DNA of 64,000 nt. Source: Acetofilamentum sp. Lineage in GTDB: Bacteria > Hydrothermota > 32-111. The DNA lies in the NCBI GenBank assembly GCA_020721805.1, contig DYMB01000007.1, positions 30,307 to 94,306 on the forward strand, given 5' to 3'. The stretch's first letter is position 1, and each line of letters starts with the position of its first letter. Shown piece by piece: positions 39,515 through 48,453 of this stretch. Below the pieces are notes generated by a model, which had not been told where the DNA came from, searched no databases, and worked only from the letters and a program-made list of their open reading frames with translations. Position numbers and translations under genes: made by a program.

Positions 39515-39948
39515 AAACCTACCTTTTTAAAGAGATCTATTTTTTCGGTCAAAAGTTTTTTGTTGAACTCTTCATGTATTGAAGGATTCCAGAAGTCAAG
39601 TTTATCTTTTACACCGACTATTTTAACTTCATTTTTTAATTGTGCATGATCTAGTAGATTCTGTGGTATTGATATTCTCCATACTGAGTCTCTTGCTACC
39701 CTTCTTGAATTGGCAAAGATTGTGTTTATTATGATGCTTTTTTCTTCCTCTGATTCCAGTCTATCTATTTTTTCTTCAAGTTTTAAAAATGATGCTTCAG
39801 GGTAAATATGTAGAACTTTTTCCCTTCCGGGTATTATATAAAAAAATTTAGAGGTAAGATTCTCTCTAAATACTGCTGGAATGATGATTCTACCATTCTC
39901 TTCGATGTTAACCAGTTTTGAACCTATGAACCTGAACTTGGTATCCAT
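39511..39948 (-). CDS. mraZ: division/cell wall cluster transcriptional regulator MraZ
   Basis: FIGSKLVNIEENGRIIIPAVFRE plus a second SpoVT-AbrB half (WRISIPQNLLDHAQL). The start is set at ATG 39948 (MDTKF...), preceded by GGAG-4 nt. The ORF-track start 39978 abuts the predicted -10 box. Confidence 0.85.
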   Translation of the reverse strand: MDTKFRFIGSKLVNIEENGRIIIPAVFRENLTSKFFYIIPGREKVLHIYPEASFLKLEEKIDRLESEEEKSIIINTIFANSRRVARDSVWRISIPQNLLDHAQLKNEVKIVGVKDKLDFWNPSIHEEFNKKLLTEKIDLFKKVGL

Positions 39949-39986
39949 TGTTCTCCATTTTTTACCATTTTTTACCATATTTTACC
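39945..39986 (-). promoter_or_regulatory. 10-bp-periodic direct repeat array (candidate MraZ operator)
   Basis: The minus strand reads aaGGtaaaat ATGGtaaaaa ATGGtaaaaa ATGGagaaca ATGG. On the plus strand, CCAT falls at 39945, 39955, 39965 and 39975, and CC at 39985. The array spans the -10 box to the mraZ ATG. Confidence 0.45.
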
Positions 39987-40006
39987 TTTTAAATCCATTT
40001 TGTCAA
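39979..40006 (-). promoter_or_regulatory. sigma70-type promoter of the dcw operon (TTGACA-16-TAAAAT)
   Basis: The minus strand has TTGACA (40006-40001), a 16-nt spacer, and TAAAAT (39984-39979). Confidence 0.55.
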
Positions 40007-40028
40007 TAGGAAAAAAATATTTTTTTTG

Positions 40029-40056
40029 TTGACTTAATAAATATTTTTAATATAAT
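40029..40056 (+). promoter_or_regulatory. sigma70-type promoter, predicted leaderless start at ATG 40064 (TTGACT-16-TATAAT-7-ATG)
   Basis: TTGACT at 40029-40034 and TATAAT at 40051-40056. TTTTTGT follows, then the ATG. No Shine-Dalgarno. Confidence 0.55.
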
Positions 40057-40063
40057 TTTTTGT

Positions 40064-40987
40064 ATGAAAGAAAAGATAACTATAATAATAACAAATCCGT
40101 TTCTCTCATCAACAGATCCTTTCATACTTACCTTTAATGTTAAAGCGATAAAAATCTTTTTGTTTTCAACTTCTTTCTTTATTCTTCTTACAACAATTTT
40201 TTTGATATTTTCCTTTTTAAATAATCTTAATCCTGATTCTATTGAACATATTTTTGCTCAAAAAAATTTTTATCTTTCCTCATTGCGATCAAATTACAGA
40301 GTTTTAGAACAGGATGAAAAAATTTTAGAAAAATTTGTTGACTATGAAAAAAAATTAAGAATACTTTCCAACATGAATCCTTTATCTGAAGATATAAGAC
40401 AACTTGGTTTGGGAGGTTATAAAATTGAAGATAAAAGATTTGATGGTTTTGATAAAAATACAAAAGAATTTATAGAGGATATTGATTTTAATTTGTTGCA
40501 TACGAAAAATCTTGTTCAATTTGAAAAAAAGAATTTACATAATGTTAAAGAGGAATTACAGAAACAATACGATTTGATAAAAAGAACCCCATCGATCTTC
40601 CCTACAAAGGGAAAAATTATGAGTGGTTTTGGACCAAGAATTGATCCTTTTAAGAAAACTTCTGAATTTCATTACGGAGTTGATATCGCAAATCATCTCA
40701 ACACTCCCATCGAATCTCCAGCCGATGGTGAAGTTATTTTTGCAGATTATCTTCAAGGTTATGGAAAAACTTTAAAGATAGATCATGGATCTGGCTATAT
40801 AACAGTTTATGCTCATCTTAATAGTTTCAATGTAAGAGTTGGAGATAAGGTTAAGAGACATCAGGTTATAGCTTATATGGGTAGCACTGGAAGGTCAACC
40901 GGTTCCCATTTACATTATGAAGTAAGAATAGGTAATAACAAGATAAATCCCATAGATTATATCGATGCCGATACCATTATTGAATAG
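40064..40987 (+). CDS. M23-family (LytM-type) peptidoglycan endopeptidase with N-terminal TM and coiled coil
   Basis: HYGVDIA (HxxxD) and GSHLHYEV (HxH) zinc ligands. TM segment IFLFSTSFFILLTTIFLIFSF. Confidence 0.88.
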   Translation: MKEKITIIITNPFLSSTDPFILTFNVKAIKIFLFSTSFFILLTTIFLIFSFLNNLNPDSIEHIFAQKNFYLSSLRSNYRVLEQDEKILEKFVDYEKKLRILSNMNPLSEDIRQLGLGGYKIEDKRFDGFDKNTKEFIEDIDFNLLHTKNLVQFEKKNLHNVKEELQKQYDLIKRTPSIFPTKGKIMSGFGPRIDPFKKTSEFHYGVDIANHLNTPIESPADGEVIFADYLQGYGKTLKIDHGSGYITVYAHLNSFNVRVGDKVKRHQVIAYMGSTGRSTGSHLHYEVRIGNNKINPIDYIDADTIIE

Positions 40988-41926
40988 ATGGATATAACAG
41001 GGAAAATTTTTTTAGCACCACTTGCGGGTATTACTGATTCACCCTTCAGAATAATCTGTAAAAGATTTCTGGCTGATGTCACATACAGCGAATTGATTTC
41101 AGCTGACGGATTGTATAGAAATTCAAAAAAAACTTATCTGTTAACATATTTTACAGAAGAAGAAAGACCATTTGGCATACAGATTTTTGGTAAGGATCCT
41201 GAAATTCTTTCAAACGCCACTTTGAAGGTTCAAAGTTTAAATCCAGATTTTATTGATGTAAATCTTGGATGTCCAGTGAAAAAAGTTATCAGACAGGGTT
41301 ATGGATCTTCACTTTTAAAAAATTTTGCAAACTTAAAGGATGCTGTTATATCTGTGGTTTCTTCCACAAGATTACCTGTATCATGTAAAATTAGACTTGG
41401 ATTTAATGTAGATAATGGAATCAAGATATCACAGATATTACAGGATTGTGGAGTGAGTTTCATAACCGTTCATGGAAGAATAGCCTTAAATCTTTTTAAG
41501 AAAAAATCTGATTGGAATTCTATAAAGATGATAAAAAAAAATGTAAACATTCCAGTCATCGGTAACGGTGATATTTTTTCTCCGGAGGATGCTGAAAGAT
41601 TATGGAACGAATCGGGTGTTGACGGAATTATGGTAGGAAGAGGATCTCTTGGAAATCCATGGATTTTTAAACAGATAAAAGATTATATGAAAACTGGAAA
41701 GTATGAAAACCCTTCTTTGGAAGAAAAAATAGATACTTTAAAAGAACATTATAAACTTGCAACCGATGATGGCAAAAAACTCGAAACTATTTTTTCAATG
41801 AGAAAACATTTTCAGTGGTATCTTAAGGGAGTTAAAGGTTTGAAAAAGTACAAAGAGATTGTAAATTTAACCAGAGACTATTCCAAGATCATGGAGATTC
41901 TTGATCTTATAAAAAAAAATGGATGA
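40988..41926 (+). CDS. dusB: tRNA-dihydrouridine synthase
   Basis: LAPLAGITDSPFR, NLGCPVKKV, HGR...W and GNGDI...VDGIMVGRG. Confidence 0.9.
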   Translation: MDITGKIFLAPLAGITDSPFRIICKRFLADVTYSELISADGLYRNSKKTYLLTYFTEEERPFGIQIFGKDPEILSNATLKVQSLNPDFIDVNLGCPVKKVIRQGYGSSLLKNFANLKDAVISVVSSTRLPVSCKIRLGFNVDNGIKISQILQDCGVSFITVHGRIALNLFKKKSDWNSIKMIKKNVNIPVIGNGDIFSPEDAERLWNESGVDGIMVGRGSLGNPWIFKQIKDYMKTGKYENPSLEEKIDTLKEHYKLATDDGKKLETIFSMRKHFQWYLKGVKGLKKYKEIVNLTRDYSKIMEILDLIKKNG

Positions 41927-42650
41927 TCTTTTTTTCGATTATGATTCTATAGCAAATCTTTACGATTCTTTTATGCGGTTTGTTCCTTATAGAGACTGGG
42001 CTTTAAAGATATACAGGATTTATAAAAGTTTTAATTTAAAGGGAAACATGTTGCTCGATTTAGGATGTGGAACTGGAAATATTTCAAGATATCTTTCCGA
42101 ATATGGTTTCGAAATTGTTCTTCTGGATAAATCTTTTAAAATGTTACTCGAATCGCTAAAAAAAAATTTTAAGAATAAAAGATACATCGTATGCTCTGAT
42201 ATAACCCAGAATTGTCTTAAAACCAATTTCGATATTGCGATTTCGATTTATGATACTGTAAACCATCTTAATGATTTTCAGTTAAAACAATTTTTTTTAA
42301 ACACGCATAGCCTTTTAAAGAAAAATGGGATTTTAGTATTTGATTTCAACACCGAATATGGACTTGAAATTCTAACGAAACATTTACAGATAAGAAAAGG
42401 TGATGAATATATATCCTATTGGGGAACCGAATACGATAAAGAGAAAAAAATATGCACACTAAAACTTGAAATAAAATTTAATGGTAAAAGAGTTAAAAAT
42501 TACATTTTCAATGAAAGAGCATTGTTTCAAAAAGATATTGAAAACAAACTGAAAGAGATTGGTTTTAAACTTATAGAATTTTATGATTTTCATACTTTTG
42601 AATCTTTTGATAACTCTTCTGAAAGGGGGATTGTGGTTTGTCAAAAATGA
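41919..42650 (+). CDS. class I SAM-dependent methyltransferase (substrate unknown)
   Basis: Motif [16 protein letters not shown], a post-I acidic residue (VLLDKS), and [13 protein letters not shown]. Confidence 0.8.
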   Translation: MDDLFFDYDSIANLYDSFMRFVPYRDWALKIYRIYKSFNLKGNMLLDLGCGTGNISRYLSEYGFEIVLLDKSFKMLLESLKKNFKNKRYIVCSDITQNCLKTNFDIAISIYDTVNHLNDFQLKQFFLNTHSLLKKNGILVFDFNTEYGLEILTKHLQIRKGDEYISYWGTEYDKEKKICTLKLEIKFNGKRVKNYIFNERALFQKDIENKLKEIGFKLIEFYDFHTFESFDNSSERGIVVCQK

Positions 42651-43768
42651 TCTTTCTTGATCTACATATCCATACTAAATATTCACTCGCATCATCAAAA
42701 GATGGCGATCTGATAAGTTATTCTAATATGGCTAAGATAAAGGGAATAAATGTTTTGGGAACGGGAGATATTCTACACCCGAAGATGTTTCAGGATGCGA
42801 AAAAAAAGTTGAAAGGGGAAGGGCGGGGAGTCTACTCTTATAACGGGGTAAAATTTCTTTTAACAACTGAAGTCTCTCTGGTTTACAATGATAATGGGAC
42901 AAAGAGGATACATCTTGTTTTAATATTTCCGGATTTTGAAAGCATAGAAAAAACGAAATTGATTTGTTCGTCATTTTCAAAATTTGATAATGATGGACGT
43001 TCTAGTATAAAAGTGAATTTAAAAGATTTTTTGAAAATTTTGAAAGATATTTCTTCTGATATCATCATAATTCCAGCACACATATGGACACCTCATTTTG
43101 GTTTATTCGGTTTAAAATCAGGTTATTCGGATCTCAATTTTGAGAGAGGATTTTTTTCCGGTTTTGAAACTGGACTCTCTTCGGATCCTTATATGTGTGT
43201 TAAAGTTAAAAAATTGAAAGGGTATTCTTTTCTCTCATTTTCCGATGCACATTCTCCAGAAAATATTGGTAGAGAGGCAACGATACTCGATAGATGGGAA
43301 GATGATATAAGATTTTTAAGAAATGTTTTTGAAAAGAATCTTATTTTTGGAACGGTTGAATTTTTCCCACAGGAAGGTAAGTATTATCTTTCCGGTCATA
43401 GAAATTGTAATTTTTTTACTTATGATAATATTACAATCTGTCCAGTATGTTCGAAAAAATTAACGGAGGGTGTTTATAACAGAATAAACAGTTTCGAAAC
43501 CAAAGAAAATATTCTTGACAAAAAAGTTTTTTATACTCTTCCCATAAGAGAATATTATAAAAGGTTTAAAAAAAATAAAAAAAGAATTAAATTTATGGAT
43601 TTTTTAAACATTTTTCCCGAGATGCTTATGAAAACTGTTTCGGATGAAAAAACACTTTTAAACTTTTACGACGAAGAGTTCGTTTCATTTGTAATTAAAG
43701 TTAGAGAGAAGAAGGTAAAATTTTCTTGTGGATATGATGGTCTTTATGGAAAAATAAAGGAGGAATGA
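42638..43768 (+). CDS. PHP-domain protein with zinc finger, endonuclease Q (EndoQ)-family-like
   Basis: N-terminal [15 protein letters not shown] (PHP metal site), [17 protein letters not shown], and [12 protein letters not shown] as a zinc-finger element. Length is about 370 aa. The start may be TTG 42638 (after AGGGGGA) or ATG 42647 (ATGA overlap). Confidence 0.5.
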   Translation: MSKMIFLDLHIHTKYSLASSKDGDLISYSNMAKIKGINVLGTGDILHPKMFQDAKKKLKGEGRGVYSYNGVKFLLTTEVSLVYNDNGTKRIHLVLIFPDFESIEKTKLICSSFSKFDNDGRSSIKVNLKDFLKILKDISSDIIIIPAHIWTPHFGLFGLKSGYSDLNFERGFFSGFETGLSSDPYMCVKVKKLKGYSFLSFSDAHSPENIGREATILDRWEDDIRFLRNVFEKNLIFGTVEFFPQEGKYYLSGHRNCNFFTYDNITICPVCSKKLTEGVYNRINSFETKENILDKKVFYTLPIREYYKRFKKNKKRIKFMDFLNIFPEMLMKTVSDEKTLLNFYDEEFVSFVIKVREKKVKFSCGYDGLYGKIKEE

Positions 43769-44256
43769 TGGAAAAGTTGTATGCTCCATGGAGGATAAAA
43801 TACCTTAAAGACTTTAATAAAAAAAAAGATGATAAATGTATATTCTGTTTTCCAGACAAAAGATTTTTGATTCATGAAGATAAACATTTTTTGATTTTAC
43901 TAAATAAATATCCATACTCGAATGGACACATAATGGTTGCACCTTTTATACATGGTGTGGGAATTGAGGAACTCTCAAAAAAAGAATTATCACAACTTAT
44001 GCTTGGTGTTCAAATTGGAATAAAGATTGTTAAAAGAACATATAAACCTCAGGGATTGAACATCGGAATAAATGTGGGAAGGATCGCTGGTGCCGGTGTA
44101 GAGGATCACCTTCACATTCATATAGTCCCAAGGTGGTCGGGTGATACGAATTTTATGCCAGTTATTTTTGAAACGAAAGTTATAAGTGAGTCTTATAAAG
44201 ATGCCGTGAAAAATTTAAAAAAAAGTTTAGAGAGGATTTTAAATGGAAAAATTTGA
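43765..44256 (+). CDS. HIT-family nucleotide hydrolase/transferase
   Basis: Histidine triad [10 protein letters not shown]-terminal YAPWRIKY and [12 protein letters not shown] are typical of the Ap4A-phosphorylase-like HIT branch. Confidence 0.88.
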   Translation: MMEKLYAPWRIKYLKDFNKKKDDKCIFCFPDKRFLIHEDKHFLILLNKYPYSNGHIMVAPFIHGVGIEELSKKELSQLMLGVQIGIKIVKRTYKPQGLNIGINVGRIAGAGVEDHLHIHIVPRWSGDTNFMPVIFETKVISESYKDAVKNLKKSLERILNGKI

Positions 44257-44644
44257 ATGGGTTAGTTTTCCCTTAAAAGATGAAAGTTTAACCAAGAATT
44301 TTATAGCTTTTCTTGCTTTTCTTTTAATGCTTTTCGTTGGATATGTTTACCTTGGTTTTGTCGGAGTCTTTATTTCCATAATAGCTGTATTGATAACTTT
44401 TTTACCCTATATTCTACCAACTAGATACACATTTGAAGATGGGAAACTTAAAGTTAGATTCTTTTTTTATGATAAGATTTATGAATTGGAAAAGTTTAAA
44501 TCCTATTATATAGATGATAAAGGAATACTACTCTCTCCGTTTAAACGACCTCACAGGCTTGAGAACTTTAGAGGTGTATATGTAAGGTTTGGTAAATATA
44601 AGGATGTGGTAAAAAATTTGATAGAGGATTACTATAAAAAATAA
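44243..44644 (+). CDS. small membrane protein, two TM helices plus possible bacterial PH-like domain
   Basis: FIAFLAFLLMLFVGYVYLGFVGVFISIIAVLITFLPYIL is followed by a beta-rich segment, YTFEDGKLKVRFFFYDKIYELEKFKSYYIDDKGILL. Confidence 0.4.
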   Translation: MEKFEWVSFPLKDESLTKNFIAFLAFLLMLFVGYVYLGFVGVFISIIAVLITFLPYILPTRYTFEDGKLKVRFFFYDKIYELEKFKSYYIDDKGILLSPFKRPHRLENFRGVYVRFGKYKDVVKNLIEDYYKK

Positions 44645-44655
44645 TTTTTCTTTGG

Positions 44656-44684
44656 TTGACTTTTTTCTTCTTTATAAATATAAT
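44656..44684 (+). promoter_or_regulatory. sigma70-type promoter, predicted leaderless start at ATG 44692 (TTGACT-17-TATAAT-7-ATG)
   Basis: TTGACT at 44656-44661 and TATAAT at 44679-44684. AAACCCT follows, then the ATG. No Shine-Dalgarno. Confidence 0.6.
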
Positions 44685-44691
44685 AAACCCT

Positions 44692-45798
44692 ATGCATGAT
44701 ATAAAATTAAAAGAGGATATTCAACAGATACATTCACTGTATGATGATTTAAAAAAACATGTTGATGTGAATGGATGGAAGAGGTATATAAAAGATTTGG
44801 AGGAAAAATTATCTGAACCCACAATATGGAATGATCAAAGAAAAGCTGCAAAAACAAATAAGGATTTAAAAATTCTTCAGAACAAGGTGAAAACTTTTAA
44901 TAAAATAGAAGAGCAGATAGAAAACATAGATGAATTTTTAAACATTCTTGATGATGATTCTTTTGAAGAACTTTCACAGATAGTTTTAGATTTGAAAACT
45001 AAAATTGAAAATTTTGAAATAGAATTACTTTTCAAGGATGAATTTGATAGTTTGAACGCAATACTTACAATACATCCGGGTTCCGGAGGAACCGAAAGCT
45101 GTGATTGGGCTGATATGCTTTTAAGAATGTATCTTAGGTTCTTTCAAAGAAAAAATTTTAAAAACACTATCATAGATTTTGAACCCGGTGAGATAGCGGG
45201 AATAAAATCTGTCACAGTTGAGGTTGAGGGAGAATTCGCTTATGGATTTTTAAAATCTGAAATAGGAGTTCATAGACTTGTAAGAATATCACCTTTTGAT
45301 GCTAACCAGAGAAGGCATACATCTTTTGCCGCTATATATCTTTTACCCGATATAGAAGAGAATATTGATTTTGAACTGAATGAAAATGATCTGAAGATAG
45401 AAGCTTTCAGAGCAGGTGGTCCTGGTGGACAGAATGTTAACAAAGTTTCCACCGCTATAAGAATAACGCATATTCCAACAGGCATTTTCGCCAAATCTCA
45501 AACTGAAAGATCCCAGATACAGAACAGGATGAATGCTATGAAAATTCTAAAAGCGAAAGTTTACCAATACTATAAAGAACAGGAGGATGAAAAAATAAAA
45601 GGTAAACTTGAAAAAAAGAGTTCCATAGAATTTGGTAATCAGATAAGATCCTATGTTCTTTATCCATATAAGTTGATAAAAGATCTAAGAACCAGATATG
45701 AAACATCAGATGTCGATAATGTTCTCGATGGTGATCTGGAAAGGTTTATAAAGGAATTTTTAATAATGAAGGCAAAAGAAGGAAGATCAGATGGATGA
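44692..45798 (+). CDS. prfB: peptide chain release factor 2 (single frame, no programmed frameshift)
   Basis: SPF tripeptide (RISPFDA), GGQ (GGPGGQNVNKV), and the conserved prfB-lysS neighbourhood. The start is set at ATG 44692. The ORF-track TTG at 44656 is the -35 box. Confidence 0.92.
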   Translation: MHDIKLKEDIQQIHSLYDDLKKHVDVNGWKRYIKDLEEKLSEPTIWNDQRKAAKTNKDLKILQNKVKTFNKIEEQIENIDEFLNILDDDSFEELSQIVLDLKTKIENFEIELLFKDEFDSLNAILTIHPGSGGTESCDWADMLLRMYLRFFQRKNFKNTIIDFEPGEIAGIKSVTVEVEGEFAYGFLKSEIGVHRLVRISPFDANQRRHTSFAAIYLLPDIEENIDFELNENDLKIEAFRAGGPGGQNVNKVSTAIRITHIPTGIFAKSQTERSQIQNRMNAMKILKAKVYQYYKEQEDEKIKGKLEKKSSIEFGNQIRSYVLYPYKLIKDLRTRYETSDVDNVLDGDLERFIKEFLIMKAKEGRSDG

Positions 45799-47242
45799 AA
45801 TTAATGTTCTTGAAAAACAGATGTATGAGAATTTAAAGAAACTTCAGGAAATGGGTGTCGAAGTTTACAAATACGGTTATGATTTCACACATACATTGAA
45901 AGATCTTATAGAACACAGTGAAGATTATCTTGAAAAGGATGTTGTGGTAAAAGTTGCCGGAAGAATAATATCTGAAAGAAAACATGGAAAAGTTGTATTC
46001 TGGGACATAAAGGATCAACTTGAAAAAATACAACTCTATATTAAAAAAGATATTGTTGGAGAAGAAAAGTATGATCAGATAAAATACTATGATATTGGGG
46101 ATATTGTTGGGGTCAGCGGAAAACTTTTCAAGACTCATACCGGTGAACTGACGATACTTGTTGAAAGTGTTGATATACTTGCAAAAGCCTTAAAACCTTT
46201 ACCTGAAAAGTTTCATGGGCTTAAGGATGTTGAGATAAGATACAGAAAAAGGTATCTTGACCTTATCACAAGCGATGAATCTAAAAGAGTTTTTTTAAAG
46301 AGAACGGAACTTATAAACAGAATAAGAGATTTTTTAAATTCAAATGGATTCGTTGAAGTTGAAACACCTATTTTACAGCCCGTCTACGGAGGTGCTTTCG
46401 CTCAACCTTTTATAACACATCACAACACGCATGATATGACTTTATATTTAAGGATAGCCAACGAACTCTATCTGAAAAGATTGATAGTTGGTGGAATGAA
46501 CAGAGTATACGAGTTCGCCAAGGATTTTAGAAACGAGGGAATAGATAGAACACATAATCCAGAGTTTACACAGGTTGAATTTTATCAATCTTATGCTGAC
46601 TACTATGATATGATGGAACTCGTTGAAAATATGTTTTTAACCCTTGTTCCTGAAAAAAGGATCACATATCAGGGAAGGGAGATAATATTTGAAAAGCCAT
46701 TTAAAAGAATAGATTTTTACGATTCCTTGAATGAGGCGGTTGGAAGAAATGTAAAAGGTTTAAATGTGGAAGAGTTGAAATCGATAGCCGAAAAGTTTAA
46801 TGTGGATCTTGAGGGTAAAAAAACATACGGTAAAATCCTTGATGAATTGTTTTCAGAAATTATTCAAAAAAAAATCGTTCAACCATCTTTTGTTGTAAAT
46901 CATCCCATCGAGATCTCTCCACTTGCAAGAAAACATAGGGAAAAGGATGGAGTTGTTGAAAGGTTTGAATTTGTTGTATGTGGAATGGAAATTGGTAATT
47001 CCTTTTCAGAATTGAATGATCCTTTAGATCAAAAAGAAAGATTTTTGAAACAACTTGAAGAAAGAAAAAAAGGGGATATTGAAGCTTTCGCTATGGATGA
47101 GGATTATGTTGAAGCTCTTATGTATGGAATGCCACCGACCGGAGGCGTAGGAATAGGGATAGATAGAACAGTGATGCTTTTAACCGATCAAAGTTCCATA
47201 AGGGATGTGATTCTATTTCCTTTGTTGAAAACAGAGAAATGA
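45791..47242 (+). CDS. lysS: lysine--tRNA ligase (class II)
   Basis: OB-fold N-terminus, RYLDLI, FRNEGIDRTHNPEFT and GGVGIGIDRTVMLL. Confidence 0.95.
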   Translation: MDEINVLEKQMYENLKKLQEMGVEVYKYGYDFTHTLKDLIEHSEDYLEKDVVVKVAGRIISERKHGKVVFWDIKDQLEKIQLYIKKDIVGEEKYDQIKYYDIGDIVGVSGKLFKTHTGELTILVESVDILAKALKPLPEKFHGLKDVEIRYRKRYLDLITSDESKRVFLKRTELINRIRDFLNSNGFVEVETPILQPVYGGAFAQPFITHHNTHDMTLYLRIANELYLKRLIVGGMNRVYEFAKDFRNEGIDRTHNPEFTQVEFYQSYADYYDMMELVENMFLTLVPEKRITYQGREIIFEKPFKRIDFYDSLNEAVGRNVKGLNVEELKSIAEKFNVDLEGKKTYGKILDELFSEIIQKKIVQPSFVVNHPIEISPLARKHREKDGVVERFEFVVCGMEIGNSFSELNDPLDQKERFLKQLEERKKGDIEAFAMDEDYVEALMYGMPPTGGVGIGIDRTVMLLTDQSSIRDVILFPLLKTEK

Positions 47243-48453
47243 ACCATTTTTTATACATATCTTTAAAACATCTTTTTGGTGCCAGAAAAACTTTTTTTGG
47301 TTACATAGTTACAGCGATTTCGATAGGTGGGATTTTTATAGGTGTCGCTGCTCTCATCGTGGTTCTTTCCGTAATGAACGGTTTTCAAAAGGATGTTAAA
47401 GATAGGATAGTTGATGTGAATTCCCATATTATAGTTTTAAAATATTTTAATGAACCGATAAAGGAATATCGCGAAATTATGGATTCTCTGAAAAATTTTA
47501 AAGATATAGTGAGTATGACACCTTTTATATATTCTAAAGGTTTGATACAGTTTGAAAATTTTACAAATGGCGTGATCATCAGGGGATTTTCGATTGATGA
47601 TAGTGTAACATATTCTATTATGAAGAGACACTTAAAATTTGGTAGATTCCCTGAAAATGAGAATGAAATACTTATTGGTCTTGATCTCGCTGAAGAGTTG
47701 AGAGCCCATACTTTTGACAATGTAAAAATCGCGACACCTTTTGGTTCCACGGAAACTTTTGGTTCACTGATTCCCAAAATTACCGAGTTCACCATATCTG
47801 GAATATTTGATGCCGGGATGTATCAGTATAACTCTGAATTGGTTTATATACCTTTGTCTAAAGCTTCCTCCATCTTTGGGTTAAGTGGAAAAGTCACAGG
47901 AATAGAGATAAGGATAAAGGATATCTATCAGGCTTCAAAAGTTGCAAAAATTATAGAAAAAAAACTTGGTTATCCATATAGAACCAATAACTGGATAGAA
48001 TTGAATGCTTCTCTTTTTACCGCTCTTGCTCTTGAAAAGAAAATAATGTTTCTTTTACTTTTACTTGTCATTATTGTTGCCGCTTTTAACATAGTGACAA
48101 CTCTGATAATGGTTGTTATGGAGAAGACTACACAGATAGGAGTTTTAAAAACACTTGGATTATCCGAAAAGGATATTTTAAAGGTTTACATCTATCAGGG
48201 ATTAATAATAAATATACTCGGAACATTGCTTGGACTTATCGTTGGATTGTTTCTCTGCTTTCTTTTATCAAAATATAAATTCATAGATCTTCCAGGTGGT
48301 GTTTATCTCCTTGAAAAACTTCCCGTTAATGTTCAATGGCTGGATATAATTCTTGTCTTAATACTTACAAACATTGTGTCACTTATTTCAACATTGTATC
48401 CTGCGTTTAAGGCTGCAAAAATGGATCCGGTAAAGGCGATCAGATATGAATAG
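47239..48453 (+). CDS. lipoprotein-releasing ABC transporter permease (LolC/E, FtsX-like)
   Basis: Four-TM FtsX/MacB topology with a large periplasmic loop. The N-terminus ISLKHLFGARK...VMNGFQKDVKDRI is typical of LolC/E. Followed by lolD. Confidence 0.85.
   Translation: MNHFLYISLKHLFGARKTFFGYIVTAISIGGIFIGVAALIVVLSVMNGFQKDVKDRIVDVNSHIIVLKYFNEPIKEYREIMDSLKNFKDIVSMTPFIYSKGLIQFENFTNGVIIRGFSIDDSVTYSIMKRHLKFGRFPENENEILIGLDLAEELRAHTFDNVKIATPFGSTETFGSLIPKITEFTISGIFDAGMYQYNSELVYIPLSKASSIFGLSGKVTGIEIRIKDIYQASKVAKIIEKKLGYPYRTNNWIELNASLFTALALEKKIMFLLLLLVIIVAAFNIVTTLIMVVMEKTTQIGVLKTLGLSEKDILKVYIYQGLIINILGTLLGLIVGLFLCFLLSKYKFIDLPGGVYLLEKLPVNVQWLDIILVLILTNIVSLISTLYPAFKAAKMDPVKAIRYE

Noticed and set aside
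44656-44770. Possible programmed +1 frameshift in prfB, and the N-terminal extension MTFFFFINIINP from the ORF track
   Set aside because: The RF2 sequence is continuous in one frame from ATG 44692 through the region where the CUU UGA C frameshift site normally lies, so no frameshift is needed. The upstream TTG codon is the -35 hexamer of a consensus promoter, so the extension is not translated.
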